64,000 nucleotides of DNA, taken from Octopus sinensis (taxonomy: Eukaryota). Both the position numbers and the translations under genes were made by a program. The stretch is from contig NC_043006.1 in assembly GCF_006345805.1 (NCBI RefSeq), positions 8,122,001 through 8,186,000 of the forward strand, in the 5' to 3' direction. Positions 50,322 through 64,000 of this stretch are shown here, piece after piece; the stretch's first letter is position 1; every line of letters starts with the position of its first letter. The notes below the pieces were generated by a model, which did no database searches, was not told where the DNA came from, and saw only the letters and a list, made by a program, of their open reading frames with translations.

Positions 50322-50705
50322 AGAGAGAATCACTCCGTCGGTTACGACAACGAGGGTTCCGGTTGATCCGATCAACGGAACAGCCTGCTCGTGAAATTAA
50401 CGTGCAAGTGGCTGAGCACTCCACAGACACGTGTACCCTTAACGTAGTTCTCGGGGATATTCAGCGTGACACAGAGAGTGACAAGGCCGACCCTTTGAAA
50501 TACAGGTATAACAGAAACAGGAAGTAAGAGTGTGAGAAAGTTGTGGTGAAAGAGTACAGCAAGGATCACCACCATCCCCTGCCGAGACCTCGTGGAGCTT
50601 TAGGTGTTTTCGCTCAATAAACACTCACAACGCCCGGTCTGGGAATCGAAACCGCGATCCTACGACCGCGAGTCCGCTGCCCTAACACTGGACCATTGCG
50701 CCTCC
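50322..50705 (-). mobile_element. tRNA-derived SINE family C (partial copies at 52645-52836 and 53155-53300)
   Basis: Minus-strand head ggaggcgcaatggtccagtgttagg...ggtttcgattccc with A/B-box-like motifs. Confidence 0.8.
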
Positions 50706-53630
50706 CGACCGGCCAGCTGGAAAACAAGAAACAAGATATAAGACAATAAGAAAATAAGAAAGTTCCATTAGTGTTGTTTGTTTTAAAATGTTTTCGTCAG
50801 GACTTCATTGATACGAAAAGAAAATTATTTCTTTATTGCCCACAAGGGGCTAAACATAGAGGAGACAAACAAAGACAGACACTTAATTTATCGACCCCGA
50901 AAGGTTGAAAGGCAAAGTCGACTTCGGCGGAATTTGAACTCGGAACGTAACGGCAGACGAAATACCACTAACTTTTGATGCCTAGTTACTTTCCACCCAG
51001 CCTGTATATACACGATGGGTTTCCCTCAGTTTCTATCTACAAAACTCTGGTTGTTCCACGACTAGAGTAGAAGACATTTGCCCAAAGTGATACGCAGTAG
51101 GACTGAACCCAGAACCTTGTGGTTGAGAAGCTAACGTCTTACCACACGGACACACCTGCACCTACAAATATTCAGCTTTGTTTATTTGCTTATTCGCAAT
51201 TCGAAGCTTATTATTATTGTTGTTTGTACCGAGAAGGCAGTTTATTGTAATAATTGTAATATGACATTTAAAATTTTCTTTCAAATAATTATTCTAATAC
51301 GAGACAAGGATTATAAAAATAGTATACTATTGCAAATATACACCCTACGTCCCTTCTATCTCCATATTATCCATATAAAATTTGCCACCGCCCTACGGGT
51401 TTGGTACCACCTAGGTTAAAAAGTTTTGTCTAGTTCAGGCATGAGCATCCTTTTAAGAGAAGCGTACTGCATGAAACATGGCTCATCATTAAGGAGGGAT
51501 GAAATGCCACGGGATATAGTTTCTTGGTAGTCATCGTGAGGATCTGTACCCTTTCATAACAAAAACCATTGTAGTACTTCATTTCCAAATCACACACAGC
51601 ACGTATGTATTCTCACCTCAGAATACTATTCACCTACTGTTTATCCATTGCAGTTCACTTTTTTTATCGACCAGATCACACAACGATTTCTAGACTTGTA
51701 CCAGCTAATTATATACTGTGAAATGAAATCTGAAGATAAATTACACCCAAAGAAAAATAGAAAACTAGACTTTTAACAATCGTTGCAATGAGTAGTTCGT
51801 GGTCTTGTGATGCCAAAATACATAGTAAATGGTTATCTTGGATTCTAGAACAAAAAAAGTAACGAAAACTTTCGTTTAATACTTGGCAATGATAGCGATG
51901 GGTGTTAAGATTTAATAGTACGCTAAGATCCAAGAGGCCGAGGTTGGGTAAGTGAGACAAGATGCTATAAACCACCACCACTGCTCCTCCGTGAGGTGGA
52001 AACCAAGGGAACGCCGCTCTCTGTGTAGCCTACATTTCCATCACTGATTCTTGGTAAGATTAAAATTTTGGATCTCAGAATCGGTACAGCGCTAAATATA
52101 ATTTATTACGATATTTGATTTCGTTATTTTGCATTGTCAATATAAATGCTGGTGTTGAGTTTTCGGCTCGTATTCTAATGCAGTTAACTTCCCATTTCAA
52201 CCATCTGTGACTTTAAGTATCTCCCATTAATCGATAATGTTGATCCAAAATATTGAATCTATACTTTTATGAGTGTAATCATTATATGGAGATGATATTG
52301 AATCTGTATAAGCATTAACCACTCAAATCCAGTGTCGGCCTTTGATAAGAGAGACCCTAATTTAATCCACTTGTGAGGCCTTGCTCTCTATACAAGGCTG
52401 GTTCATCACTATAGATCTGGGAATTCATAAAGAAGTCTATTTTCCTTCACTGTGTTGATTGTCGTTATTGTGTTGTTGCTGATGCTGTTGAGCGAAGCGG
52501 TCTTCATCCTCTTGGGAGCAGTCCGAAACGTGGTCCTTTGCTATTCGTAAGACCCGCAGAAGAGAAAGCAGGTCAACTCCCGACACCGAGAGCATCGACG
52601 GATGGCTGAATGCGCATCCAGGCTCAGCGGTTGCGTAGGCATTCGGGGATAAGAAACAGGAAGAAAAATTTGGAGCGAAAGAGTACAACCGGGGTCGCCA
52701 CCACCCCCTGCCAGAGTCTCGTGGAGCTTTAGGTGTTTTCGCTCAATAAACACACACAACACCCGGTCTTGGAATCGAAACCACGATCTTCCGACCACGA
52801 GTCCGCTGCCCTAACCATTGGGCCATTGTGCCTCCACTAGTTGTTGCTGCTGTCTTATTCTTATTCTTCCAATCAGGACTCACGCCATTAGCCACAAAGA
52901 ATAATCTCTAATTCGAGCCTACTCTAAGCTTCTAAGAATGCGTGTAGCAACTTGAAGATCCACCCACCACACGCGATAGACTAGCGGTTGCCCGGGTTCG
53001 AAAGCTACGTTGTTATCCTCATTCCGTAAACGGTGGCTTTTAACGGATAGAGAGCTGAACCATCCTGGAGTAGAGAGGATTCGCAATCTAGACTAGGGTC
53101 TGAAAGTTTGCCACACCATAGTGGGTTACACCATGGTTCCTCTGCTTTGTGGCAGAAGTAGGAAGAAAGAGTGCGAGAAAGTTGTGGTGAAAGAGTACAG
53201 TGGGGTTCACCACCAACCCCCGCCGGATCCTCGTGGAGCATAGGTGTTTTTGCTCAATAAACACTCACAATGCCCGGTTTGGGAATCGAAACCGCGTTCT
53301 TACTGAAACAAGTAAAAGAGAGTAAAGAGTATACAGCATTAACGTTATCTAATGAGTCCTTGCTTTATTTAAAACAGTAGGGTGTAGTTGGAGGGAGATT
53401 CTTCTGCCGTTCCTATCAGACTGAGCGACATTGTACTGATGACCACCTTTTGATGGAGTGATTACTGCCTTTTAGTCTCTTTTAGAGGATTTTCTGTAAT
53501 GCTAATGGTACTAAAGTTTCCTTCCATTGACTATATGTTTAAAGAGGGAAACATGATCAAGGAGAGAATTGCAGGCGGAGAGATTTGTAGTGACGGTGGT
53601 TGAGTCAAGTGTTTAATAAGAAGTCTGAAG

Positions 53631-54220
53631 GCGGCGAGCTGGCAGAATCATTAGCACGCCGGACGAAATACTTAACGGTATTTCGTCTGCCGTTATGTTC
53701 TGAGTTCAAATTCCGCCGAGGTCGACTTTGCCCTTCATCCTTTCGGGGTCGATTAAATAAGTACCAGTTACATACTGGGGTCGATATAATCGACTTAATC
53801 CGTTTGTCTGTCCTTTGTCCTCTCTGTGTTTAGCCCCTTGTGGGTAGTAAAGAAATAGGTATTTCGTCTGCCGCTACGTTCTGAGTTCAAATTCAGATCG
53901 ACTTTGCCTTTCATCCTTTCGGGGTCTATTAAATAAGTACCAGTTACGTACTGGGGTCGATATAATCGACTTAATCCCTTTGTCTGTCCTTGCTTGTCAT
54001 GTCTGTGTTTAGCCCCTTGTGAGTAGTAAAGAAATAGGTATTTCGTCTGCCGTTACGTTCTGAGTTCAGATTCCGCCGAGATCGACTGTGCCTTTCATCC
54101 TTTCGGGTCGATAAATTAAGTAACAGTTACGCAAAGGGGTTAAATCGATGTAATCGATTTAAACCCTTTGTCTGTCCTTGTTTTCCCCCTCTATGTTTAG
54201 CCCCGTGTGGGCAATAAAGA
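53631..54220 (+). mobile_element. SINE family A trimer (one head, three bodies) with a 16-bp TSD
   Basis: aataagaagtctgaag at 53615-53630 and 54221-54236. Confidence 0.9.
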
Positions 54221-55418
54221 AATAAGAAGTCTGAAGATGAGATATAGAAATGCCAGCTAGAGAAAAGAAGAATCCACCAAGCAGTTAAATAAAGTGTAGA
54301 CAGATTCAACAAATCCGAGACCATTATAGTCACGATTGAGAGGGTGGCGGGCTAGTAAATAATTAGCATGCCGGACAAAATTTTTGTGGCATTTCGTCCG
54401 TTTTTATATTCTGAGTTCAAATTCCACTAAGGTCAATGTTGCCTTTAATTCTTTCGTGGTCGATGAAATGAGCACTAGTTGATCACTGAGGTCGATATAA
54501 TAGACTTACCCATTTCCCAAAAGTTCAAGTATTGTGCTTGTAGTAAGGAGAAAGGAAAATGTTACAGTCACGATAAAGAGAGAAAGAGGGAGAGCGGGAA
54601 AACGGGGAATGGAGATGGGGGAGAGGTAGAGCTGAGGGAGAGAGTAGAGTTCAATAATTAGTCAAAGATTTTATGGCACTGGTGTGTGACGTTATTCGAA
54701 TCAAGTTGGAATATAAATACTGAAGACAATCTCTACGATAATTTTTCTTTCTTTTATTTTTGGTAAAAATGAATAATTTGGTAGGAAATTTGTGAGACTG
54801 ATTTAAAATATTCATGCTATGCTTGATGTTTAGAACATTTCTTTTATAAGCTTTCTGACTTCAACATTGACCATATAATCATAACTACCTAACAAGGAAA
54901 TTTTTTTTAATATCTTTTTATATAGTTTGGGAATTATGATAATCTACATCGAAATCGATCGGAAATCACAAAATGTATTTATCGATTAGTTATTTTCATC
55001 TCCACACTGATTGCCATTTCCTTATCAAATTAGAAAGATTCTGTCTCTAGATTACTCGAGCGATAAGTGTAGATTTGATAGTGTCAAGGGAGAAACAGTC
55101 CAGGAAGCAAAGTTCGCTCTTGTAACATTTGGCATTTGAACTGTGGCTATTTTACGCTCGGGAAACATGACCAAAACATTCTTCAATGGCGCAATCAAAT
55201 TCTGAAGAAATCTAAAAGTATTTGTCCCTATATAAAACAATAAACATCACATTCCAGACGAACTAAAATTATATGTGTGTGTGTTCATTAGAAGTGTATT
55301 CATTAGTGCATGTATGTATGTAATGTATGTATATATATGTATATATATATATGTATACGTATGTATATATGTATATATCGATATGGATATAATTTATATA
55401 TATATATACGAAAATATA

Positions 55419-55486
<68 letters not shown>

Positions 55487-55487
55487 A

Positions 55488-55528
<41 letters not shown>

Positions 55529-56762
55529 CCTGTAGAGATGAATGCATACATACATACATCCATATATCCATCATCCGTACATACATACTTGCGATCAATC
55601 CATCACTGGAACTGTAAAGAACTGTAAAACTTTCTAGAAATTTAGATATGCAAGCATATGCATGAGAAGACATACATAGAGCAAAACATACAAATTTGCA
55701 CGTATACATACTTACGTACTACGTACGTACACACAAACATACGTATACATACATACATACACACACACACATACACACATACATATACACACACATACAT
55801 ACACACATACATACACACATACATACACACACATGCACACACACATATACACACACATACATAATACATACATACAGACAGACAGACATACATACATACA
55901 TACACACACACATACATACATGGTTGTCAGCAGCCCAAAAATAGCCAAACCACCCAAGCTATGCTTCCCACGCAAGGATGCTGGCCGTGGCCTTAAATCT
56001 GCATTAATGTCATATGATTCACCTATCGTGACACTGAAGCAACATCAACTGCAACAGAGAAAAGAGACCAATAACTACCATCATTAAATATACAAACGAT
56101 AGTTTGTAGTTCTCAGAAAACACTTTGCAACTGGTTTTCAGTAATACCATCAATCACGTCAATTATCCTAGCTTGCATGTCTTCCAAAGATCGAGCTTTA
56201 GTTCAATAAACGTTACTTTTCATATGTCCCCATAGAAAGAAATTCAATAGAGTCAAATCTGGTGACCATGGAGGCCAAGATAACGGTCCACTTCTTTCGA
56301 TCCACCTTTTAGAGAATTTTTCATTTAGAAATTGCCTAACTTGCCGGGCAAAGTGACAAGGTGTACCACTCTGTTGAAGCGCTGCATCCTCTTTCAGATT
56401 TAATTGGTCAAGCGAAGGAATAAAGTAATTTTACTGCATCTCTAAATAGTGATAACCATTAACAACAGGCCCTTCAAAAAAGAATGGCCCAATGATTCAA
56501 TTTTCTCCCAAAGCACACCAGATATTAACTTTAGGAGAATCTCTTTCATGTTCAACAGATTCTTGTGGCTCTTCAGCCTCTCAAATACGGCAATTATTCC
56601 TGCTGAACTTTCCACCAATGTGGAATGTTGCTTCCTTGCAAAACATTAAATTACTCAGAAAGGAGTTTTTGATATTAATCTTTTCATTGAACTGGTGGCA
56701 GAAAGTTAGCCGTGCATGGCAATCCCCTTCTGACAGCATTTGATGCATTTGAATTTTATAGG

Positions 56763-58113
56763 TGTTGTAAAGCAATCTTTTGCTGTTGGTGTATCTGTCT
56801 TTTGACAGATATTGTTATATTCCAAGGCGGCGAGCTGGCAGAACCGTTAGCACGCCGGGCGAGATACTTATCGGCATTTCGTCTGCCGCTACGTTCTGAG
56901 TTCAAATTCCACCGAGGTCGACTTTGCCTTTCATCTTTTCGGGGTCGATTAAATAAGTACCAGTTACGCACTGGGGTCGATATAATCGACTTAATCCGTT
57001 TGTCTGTCCTCGTTTGTCCTCTCTGTGTTTAGCCCCTTGTGGGCAATAAAGAAATAGGTATTGTTATATTCCAAAGCCGTCGATAGAATGCTTCTATCTG
57101 GGACTGTACGACTCCCAGTCGTACAATGACATTATCCTCAAACGACTGGATCATTATAACATCCCCTCAGTATCACAGTATAATTACTATATCAGCACAG
57201 ACACGACTATCAACACAGTCTACACGTACTCTTGACCTTTTCGACCTTGGTATTGTCATGGTATTTTCACTTCCAGCCAAAGTTCACATTTTGTAGTAGG
57301 TATTTCCGCTGCCAGTGTACATCTTCTGCGGCCTTTTACCAAGTTTTCAACTACCTTGTCCATGCTTGGTCAGTATACGAAACTTCGTATCTGTCCTTTC
57401 ATTCTAGAGATGCCTGGGTATCCCACATGAAGCTCTTTTTTGACAATATAGACTTACTATACTTTTCATGCTCTGCAGTCCCTAGTTTTCTTAAAACTAG
57501 ATGCGTTTTCATCCGCCCAATACTGATATTGATTTTCAAAGATTTGTTGAAGTCTTCGAAAGTAAGCCTCGAGGTTTACTCCTTCTTCAGGGTCATATCT
57601 GAATTCGCACATGGTCAGGTGAAAATGTATTCTCCGGATTAGTTACCAATTTCATTATGTGTAAAATTTGCTGCTGCCATATTTGTTGCTGTTCTCGTTG
57701 TTCCTTGAGTTGTTGTTGTTGCTGTTTTTGTAATTCCACTATCCCAGCTAATAGGTCTTCCATATTGTACGATTTTCGTTTCTTTTTTGTCGATGCATTT
57801 AATTTTCCACGTGAATTAGATTAAACTCTCCATGTGAATGTTTTTGGTTTTTTTTTTTTCACTCCGCGTAAATTTATTTTTCCTCGTCGCCACTGTTGTA
57901 AAGTGGTCTTTTGCCACTGCTGTATCTGTCCTTTGACGACGGTTGTCGCTCTGACAAATATTGTTATATTCCGAAGTCGCTGAACATCCCCTCAGTATAA
58001 TTACTATATCAGCACAGACACGACTATCAACAGTCTACACATATTGATCTATTTGTAATTGCTGGCTACTACCACCTTTTACCTGGAGGAGTGTACTGTT
58101 TCACTATACAACA
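56763..58113 (-). mobile_element. Miniature (deleted) Gypsy/Ty3 LTR element
   Basis: 5' LTR 57894-58113 with TGTTGTA...TACAACA ends; PBS-like TGGCGACGAGG at 57882-57892; gag remnant FRYDPEEGV..EAYFRR; integrase remnant LHVGYPGISRMK; partial 3' LTR 56763-57226. Confidence 0.8.
56826..57058 (+). mobile_element. SINE family A with a 16-bp TSD, inside the Gypsy LTR
   Basis: tattgttatattccaa at 56810-56825 and 57059-57074. Confidence 0.92.
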
Positions 58114-59529
58114 CTATGGTGAAGTTTTGGTCGCAGAATTTTATGCACAGTTGATTTTGGAAGCCTCAGGTCTAAAAATGCCCGTCTTAATGTTTTTCTT
58201 GAACTTCCCACAAAGGATTGTTCTACGGATGCCAGTTTCTTCATTTATACATGGTCTACTAGGCCGTGGCTTATCACCGACAGAACCACTTTTTAAAGTT
58301 TCTCATCCACTTGGATATGGAATTTCTGTGTGGTGCTTCTTTATAGAAACCTTTGGACAACGACAGTAGATTTTAGCTCAACCAACCAAAGAACGCAATT
58401 TACTTTTCTTCTAGTGAAGCCATGGATCAACAGCAATTCTGCCAAGTTAGTCATTTTGAAATTTCATGAAATAGATAAAAGCTAATATTTAAAACAAATA
58501 ATAAATTTTCCGAAGACAACAAAAAATTAGACGCATCAAGCTTTCTTGGATATTTTACAGATTCGTTCTATTAAATATAGATACAAAGCTTTAAGTATTT
58601 TAAATTGCGCGTGGACTTTATAAACACCCGGTATTATTAGTTGTCCATGGTATATTTTATTAAAGTCGTATACCAATCCTTAATTCTCGGGTCTCTTATC
58701 CATGAGTCTGGGATGTTATGCGCTTAGATAGCGGATGGGCTAGGGGACCAGGAGTAACGTCAGTTGTGTGTAAGGGTCCTTCTTTCTCTGTGAGAAGTGT
58801 CACCAGTTAGAGCCGGCGGTGGAAACAGTTTCTATGTGAACAGATTCTATGTGCAGCAGACTTGCTTCTGCTTTCTTTTGCCGTACCTCTTTCTGCAGCG
58901 GTTAAGAAAAGGGTAACTTTTTTCCTCTATTCGCCTAATCACCCTTAGAGAGTCATACCAGGCCAACTTTATAAAACGGCAGTCTGCCAACCCGAAAGAA
59001 ATTGGTTTCGATCCCGCCACTGCCCCATGTGTATGGCGAAGATATTTTACTCACTCTTGTTCAGTCATTTATTCAAATCTTTAAAAAAAAAAGTGTTAGC
59101 CCAGTATTTTAAAGAATATGAGAAACAGATGTTAGCAAGAGAAAGAAAATAATTCAACCTGAACTCAGAATCGAAACTAGTTCTTCCGGAACATAATTCT
59201 TATTGTATGACACTCACCAGAAGAAATCTGCCCAACAATTCCTTTACATTATGTTGCATTCTTTTCAGCAACACCAAAGGTTCCGTTTTGATAGAATAGC
59301 AAAATGGAAGATTCCACTTCATGCATTTCTCAAAAGCAAACTGATGCAATTACATTGAACTAACTTCAACTAAAAATAGGTACTGAGTTGTGATCCCTGC
59401 TTGCCGGTCCTCGAACCTAACCACCTAATCTAATGTAGTTACCATCGCTTTCTGCCGCTTTATTTTCTCTTAGGTGTTATCCACCCGTTCTCCCGTCTTC
59501 TTATTCCCATTCCCAATAAATAACTGCAA

Positions 59530-59960
59530 TCTCTCTCTATATAAAACTGAGAATGTCTGTCTGTCTGTCTGTCTGTGTGTTTCCCTAAAACTTGAGAACT
59601 ACACAACCAATTTCATTCAAATTTTACACATGCCTTACTTAGGGTCCGGGGAGTGTCATCGGCGAAACATTTTAACTTTTTGGCAAGGGCGAGCCCACAG
59701 CAATATCATATTTTCTCCACTACGATTCCCTAAAACTTGAGAACTACACAACCAATTTCATTCAATTTTACACATGCCTTACTTAGGGTACATGTAGATT
59801 CATGGGCAAAAAAAATGTTCAACTTCTTGCCTGGGGCGAGCCCATAGCAATATCATATCTTCTCTACTATTTCAGTATTACGAGTTAAAAGTGAAACAAA
59901 AACATTTCTCTATTTTATATCAGATACTTTCACTTTAACAATAAAAATTAGAGATAATAA
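59530..59960 (+). mobile_element. Helitron-like non-autonomous head with a ~65 bp internal duplication
   Basis: A|TC start; ttccctaaaacttgagaactacac... at 59581 and 59727; 3' end not seen. Confidence 0.5.
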
Positions 59961-60601
59961 TAACAATTGAATTATATGTAGTAAGTAATAATTAACATCA
60001 AACTAAAGTATAATATAATCATAACATAACAAAAGTAAAATAGCAATTGGTATAAAATTGCATCAATGACTTGAACAAGTGGTTTCACATGAATGGGAAT
60101 AAATTAAAAATAAAATTGGTGTGAAGAAATGGAATAGTCCAGATGGAGCTGTGCACATACCGTTTACCACGGCTTTTGCATTCGATTATCTGCTAATTAG
60201 CTAGCATTAAGTATCTATATGAAGTTTGGCTGTATGTAATGTCTGTTTTCTCGAACAGCCGCTTCTACTGAGTACTGCTGTTGGTTTATTTCTTATGCAT
60301 AAATGACTATAGCTTCAACTGCGTACTGCTTTTTAATTCACTGTAAGGTTTGTTGTTATTATTATTATTGTTTAATTATTGTTATCACGTTTGTTGGTTC
60401 CTCGTAAGGTAAACGTTGTTGTGTTGTATTTGTTAAATAATTGTAAACCGTACCCCCCCCCTTTGGGAGAAGGAGCTTTGGTTATTGCTTAAAAATTGAA
60501 TTGTGTCCCTGTTTGGGGAAATTGACGATATTTTCACCGTTTATACGGATGCATTTTTGTTAGAATGCCTTCGATAGAAGAAAGTCCAAAAATGAATTTC
60601 C

Positions 60602-60702
<101 letters not shown>

Positions 60703-60704
60703 AT

Positions 60705-62420
60705 ATATGGAAATTGACAGTCTGCCATCTATAGCAGAGCTCACCAAGGCTATTGCCTCCCTAGCAAGTCACAAGGCTCCGGGAAAAGACGACATCCCCT
60801 TAGAGATCATCAAAGCAGGCAAAAACACCATTCTGCTTCGGCACCTTCATGAGCTTCTGTGTCAGTGTTGGGAAGAGGGTGCAGTCCCTCAGGATATGCG
60901 GGATGCTAACATCATTACGCTTTAAAAAAACAAAGGTGACCGTGGTAATTGTAACAATTACCGTGGAATATCTTTTCTAAGCACTGTTGGAAAGGCTTTG
61001 CTCACATTATCCTGTCCAGGCTACAACTGCTTGCTTCTCGAATTTATCCAGAATCGCAGTGTGGCTTTAGAAGAAGCAGATAAACTATTGACATGATATT
61101 CTCCATACGCCAAATTCAAGAGAAGTCCAGAGAGCAGAAAATGCCATTATATATGAACTTCATTGATCGGACAAAGGCCTTTGACTTGGCAAGTAGAAAA
61201 GGCATCTTCATCTGGCCCAAAAAATCGGATGTCTACCAAAGCTGCTGAGGATCATCAAATGTTTCCATGATGATATGCAAAGTACCATACAGCACAATGG
61301 TTCAACATCAGCTGCCTTCCAAATAAAAAATGGGGTAAAGCAAGATTGTGCCCTTGTTCCTACATTATTTAGCATTTTCTCGCTGCTGCTATCACATGCC
61401 TTTGCGACATCAGATGATGGAGTGTTTCTGCACAGTAGAAGTGATGGGAAACTGTTGAATCTCTCGTGTCTGCGTGCCAAGACTTTGGCTTAGTTATCAG
61501 CCTCAAGAAGACCAACATCATGGGTCAGGCTACATCGGACATCCCAAATATACATATTGGAGACCACAGACTACAGGAGGTGGAGAAGTTTATCTATCTT
61601 GGCTCTACCGTCACCTACAACCTATCTCTTGATGCTGAGCTCAATATACGCATTGGCAAGGCAGCTGCTGTGATGGCCAAACTCTCCAAACGGGCATGGG
61701 ACAACAATAAGCTGACCAAGACCACAAAAATGAAGATTTACCAGGCATGTGTACTTAGCACTCTAGTGTATGGAAGTGAGACTTGGACGCCATGCACACG
61801 CCATACGACGCCATACGTCGCCTAAATATCTTTCACCTGCGCTGCCTCCGGAAAATCCTTCGCATCAAATGGCAGAATCATGTCCCCAACAAAGATGTCC
61901 TCAAGCAAGCAGGAATACCAAGCATGTTTGCACTCCTCACACAAAGACATATGAGATGGCTTGGGCATGTTAGCCGTATGGGAGATGGCTGAATCCCCAA
62001 GGACATACTCAACGGAGAGCTTGCTAGGGGCACTAGGTCTGTGGGAAGACCGTTCTTACGATACAAGGATGTTTGCAAAAGGGACATGAATGCCTGCAAC
62101 ATCAATATTACTGCGAAGCAGTTGCCAGCAACCCTGGTAATTGGCGACGTACCGTAAAAAAGGGAACACAAAGGAGTGACATAGAGAGAGAGAGAGGAGA
62201 AATGGAAAGACAAGAAAAGACGTCAACAAGATACTATGACATTACAACCAGCCAGGCAAATTCTTCGCTACATTTGCGGCACCTGCCAGAGGGAGTGTTT
62301 GTCCAGGATAGAACTACACAGCCACAGCAGGAGATGTATTACAACATGAAATGTAAAGCCGGACTAGATTATTTTATGCGCAACTCCATTGTCTCCCAAG
62401 ACAAAAAGGATGCCAACAAC
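60705..62420 (+). mobile_element. 5'-truncated RTE/BovB-type LINE, degenerate
   Basis: KAPGKDDIP, NYRGIS, ESQCGFR, TKAFD, GVKQDC, FIYLGS, YGSETW, RWLGHV; the YADD segment is deleted. Confidence 0.9.
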
Positions 62421-62681
62421 AATATATATGGATTTCGTAGACAGAAACTGAAACAAGTCAATTGTATATATATATGTGTATGTATATATGTAAGTGTATG
62501 TGTGTGTCTTTGTCTCTGTGTTTCGCCCTCATCACTGCATCACAACTTACTGGTTTCACAAGAACAAACTGATAGAATAAGTACTAGGCTTATCAACATA
62601 AAAAAGCATTAGGCTGTGTCTCATATTTTTGTTTGCCCACTCGGCTGTATCTATCAACTTATCTATGTATGTGTGTGTGTG

Positions 62682-62855
<174 letters not shown>

Positions 62856-64000
62856 ACACTCTAATGGGAGCCTTAACTCCCAAATTTTAGTCATTTCTTT
62901 TATGATCCAAAACTATGTCAAAAGTACTGAATGGATCTTTATGAAATTTGGAAATTATATTCTATGCATAAGGGCCATAACCCCCATGACAATTCATATA
63001 TTTTTGCTGTTGATGAAATTTTAACCATAGATATTAGACACAAATGAAGTAGTATTTATAAAATTTCATCTTCTTACAAAGTTAGAAAGACCCCTCCATG
63101 GGGACTTAACACCCTCAATGTGGTCATTTTATCTAAGCAAAAACGAATACAGTTGTGCTCTTGGAAGCTGTAGGGTTACCCGAGCATAAAAGTTGGGCAT
63201 TATTTCTAATTCAATGGTACAACAGTGTAACAGTTTGCTTTGACATACACATGCATTATGATTTCTGCAATGTGGTGTATAAATTGTCAAGTAAATGAGA
63301 GGCATCTTTGCCTCCATTGATTCAGTTGGAAAGTGTTGAGTAAAGTTATTTGATTGCAGATCTCCTTTCAGTCTTTTTATTATCACTCGGTCACACATAG
63401 TCCCTAGATGGTAACACAGATTTCAAGGCCTTCCCAGATGAGTGACTAGTTATTCAAAGACATTTATAGATTTTAAATTTACTCTGCCCAGATACGTATC
63501 AGTATAGTGGTCATTTGCAAACTCCAGAGGTGACACTTTAATTTTTCCTTAGCCCTCACGTCACACAGTTGCTAATGTTTATTTCAGTTGGGTCACGTCC
63601 TTCGAATTGTTATAGATTCCTAATGCATCTTACGACTGTGCCTGTCACCTGCATGGTGAGGAATCCTACATTGGGAGTGGTAACGACTAGGGTAGGGTAA
63701 CTGACTGCCTATTGTGATCATTCGTCTTTTGGTTTCCTGTCGCTTTGCTTTCTTTTACAAACCCAGGGAACATATATTTGCTATTTCAAAGAAATACAAA
63801 CAATAGATATAAGACCCAAGTTAAAAAGATTTTCAACAATTCAACTTCTCTGGTTGATATTAAGATGCCCACCCCCAACAGGAGCCTTAACTCTCGCATT
63901 TTAGAGCTCCATGACCTTCACTTTTCAGGAGCAAAATCTTTTTAACAGGTTCAATAAGACTAGAATTTCGGAATATGCGCATAAAAATCAGTAGTATGGG

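Larger units (their letters stand above)
56090..58423 (-). mobile_element. Tc1/mariner-superfamily transposase pseudogene split by a Gypsy insertion (58423-58114 and 56762-56090)
   Basis: MASLEEK..CVLWL, LPKSTVHKILR | YKIQMHQML, KEATFH..NCRI, WPPWSPDL..FFLWG. Confidence 0.8.

Noticed and set aside
50600-50705. tRNA-like heads of SINEs considered as tRNA genes
   Set aside because: They continue into SINE bodies and lack a complete cloverleaf; no tRNA, rRNA or CRISPR feature is supported in the window
52500-52640. GC-rich structured segment containing GAAACGU, considered as a hammerhead or HDV-like ribozyme
   Set aside because: No CUGANGA or stem I partner found, and I could not build a convincing HDV-like pseudoknot by eye

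Overview
Repeat-saturated, AT-rich animal DNA with no host protein-coding gene that I can recognise. Most ORFs in the supplied track are translations of (TA)n, (CA)n, (GATA)n or (TACA)n microsatellites. The SINE families, TA tracts and transposon mix resemble an octopus/cephalopod genome (inference, no database search). Recognisable elements: a near full-length L1/Tx1-type LINE sitting in a (GATA)n array; CR1-type and RTE/BovB-type LINE relics; R4-type relics; an ORF1-only L1-like element; five Tc1/mariner relics; a Merlin relic; Helitrons, one carrying a PIF1 helicase fragment; a miniature Gypsy element; a solo LTR; three tRNA-derived SINE families; MITEs. The most notable signal is about 10 dispersed short elements, from at least 7 dissimilar sequence families, that each fold into a type I hammerhead ribozyme with a palindromic stem III. 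Most end at a (TA)n tract, and several related loci share a (TA)n-Y-spacer-Y'-X foldback architecture. One ribozyme carries a natural G3-C8 swap of the conserved C3-G8 core pair. Several near-perfect duplications differ mainly by 1-bp indels and may be assembly artefacts. Folds were derived by eye; coordinates of degenerate elements are approximate.
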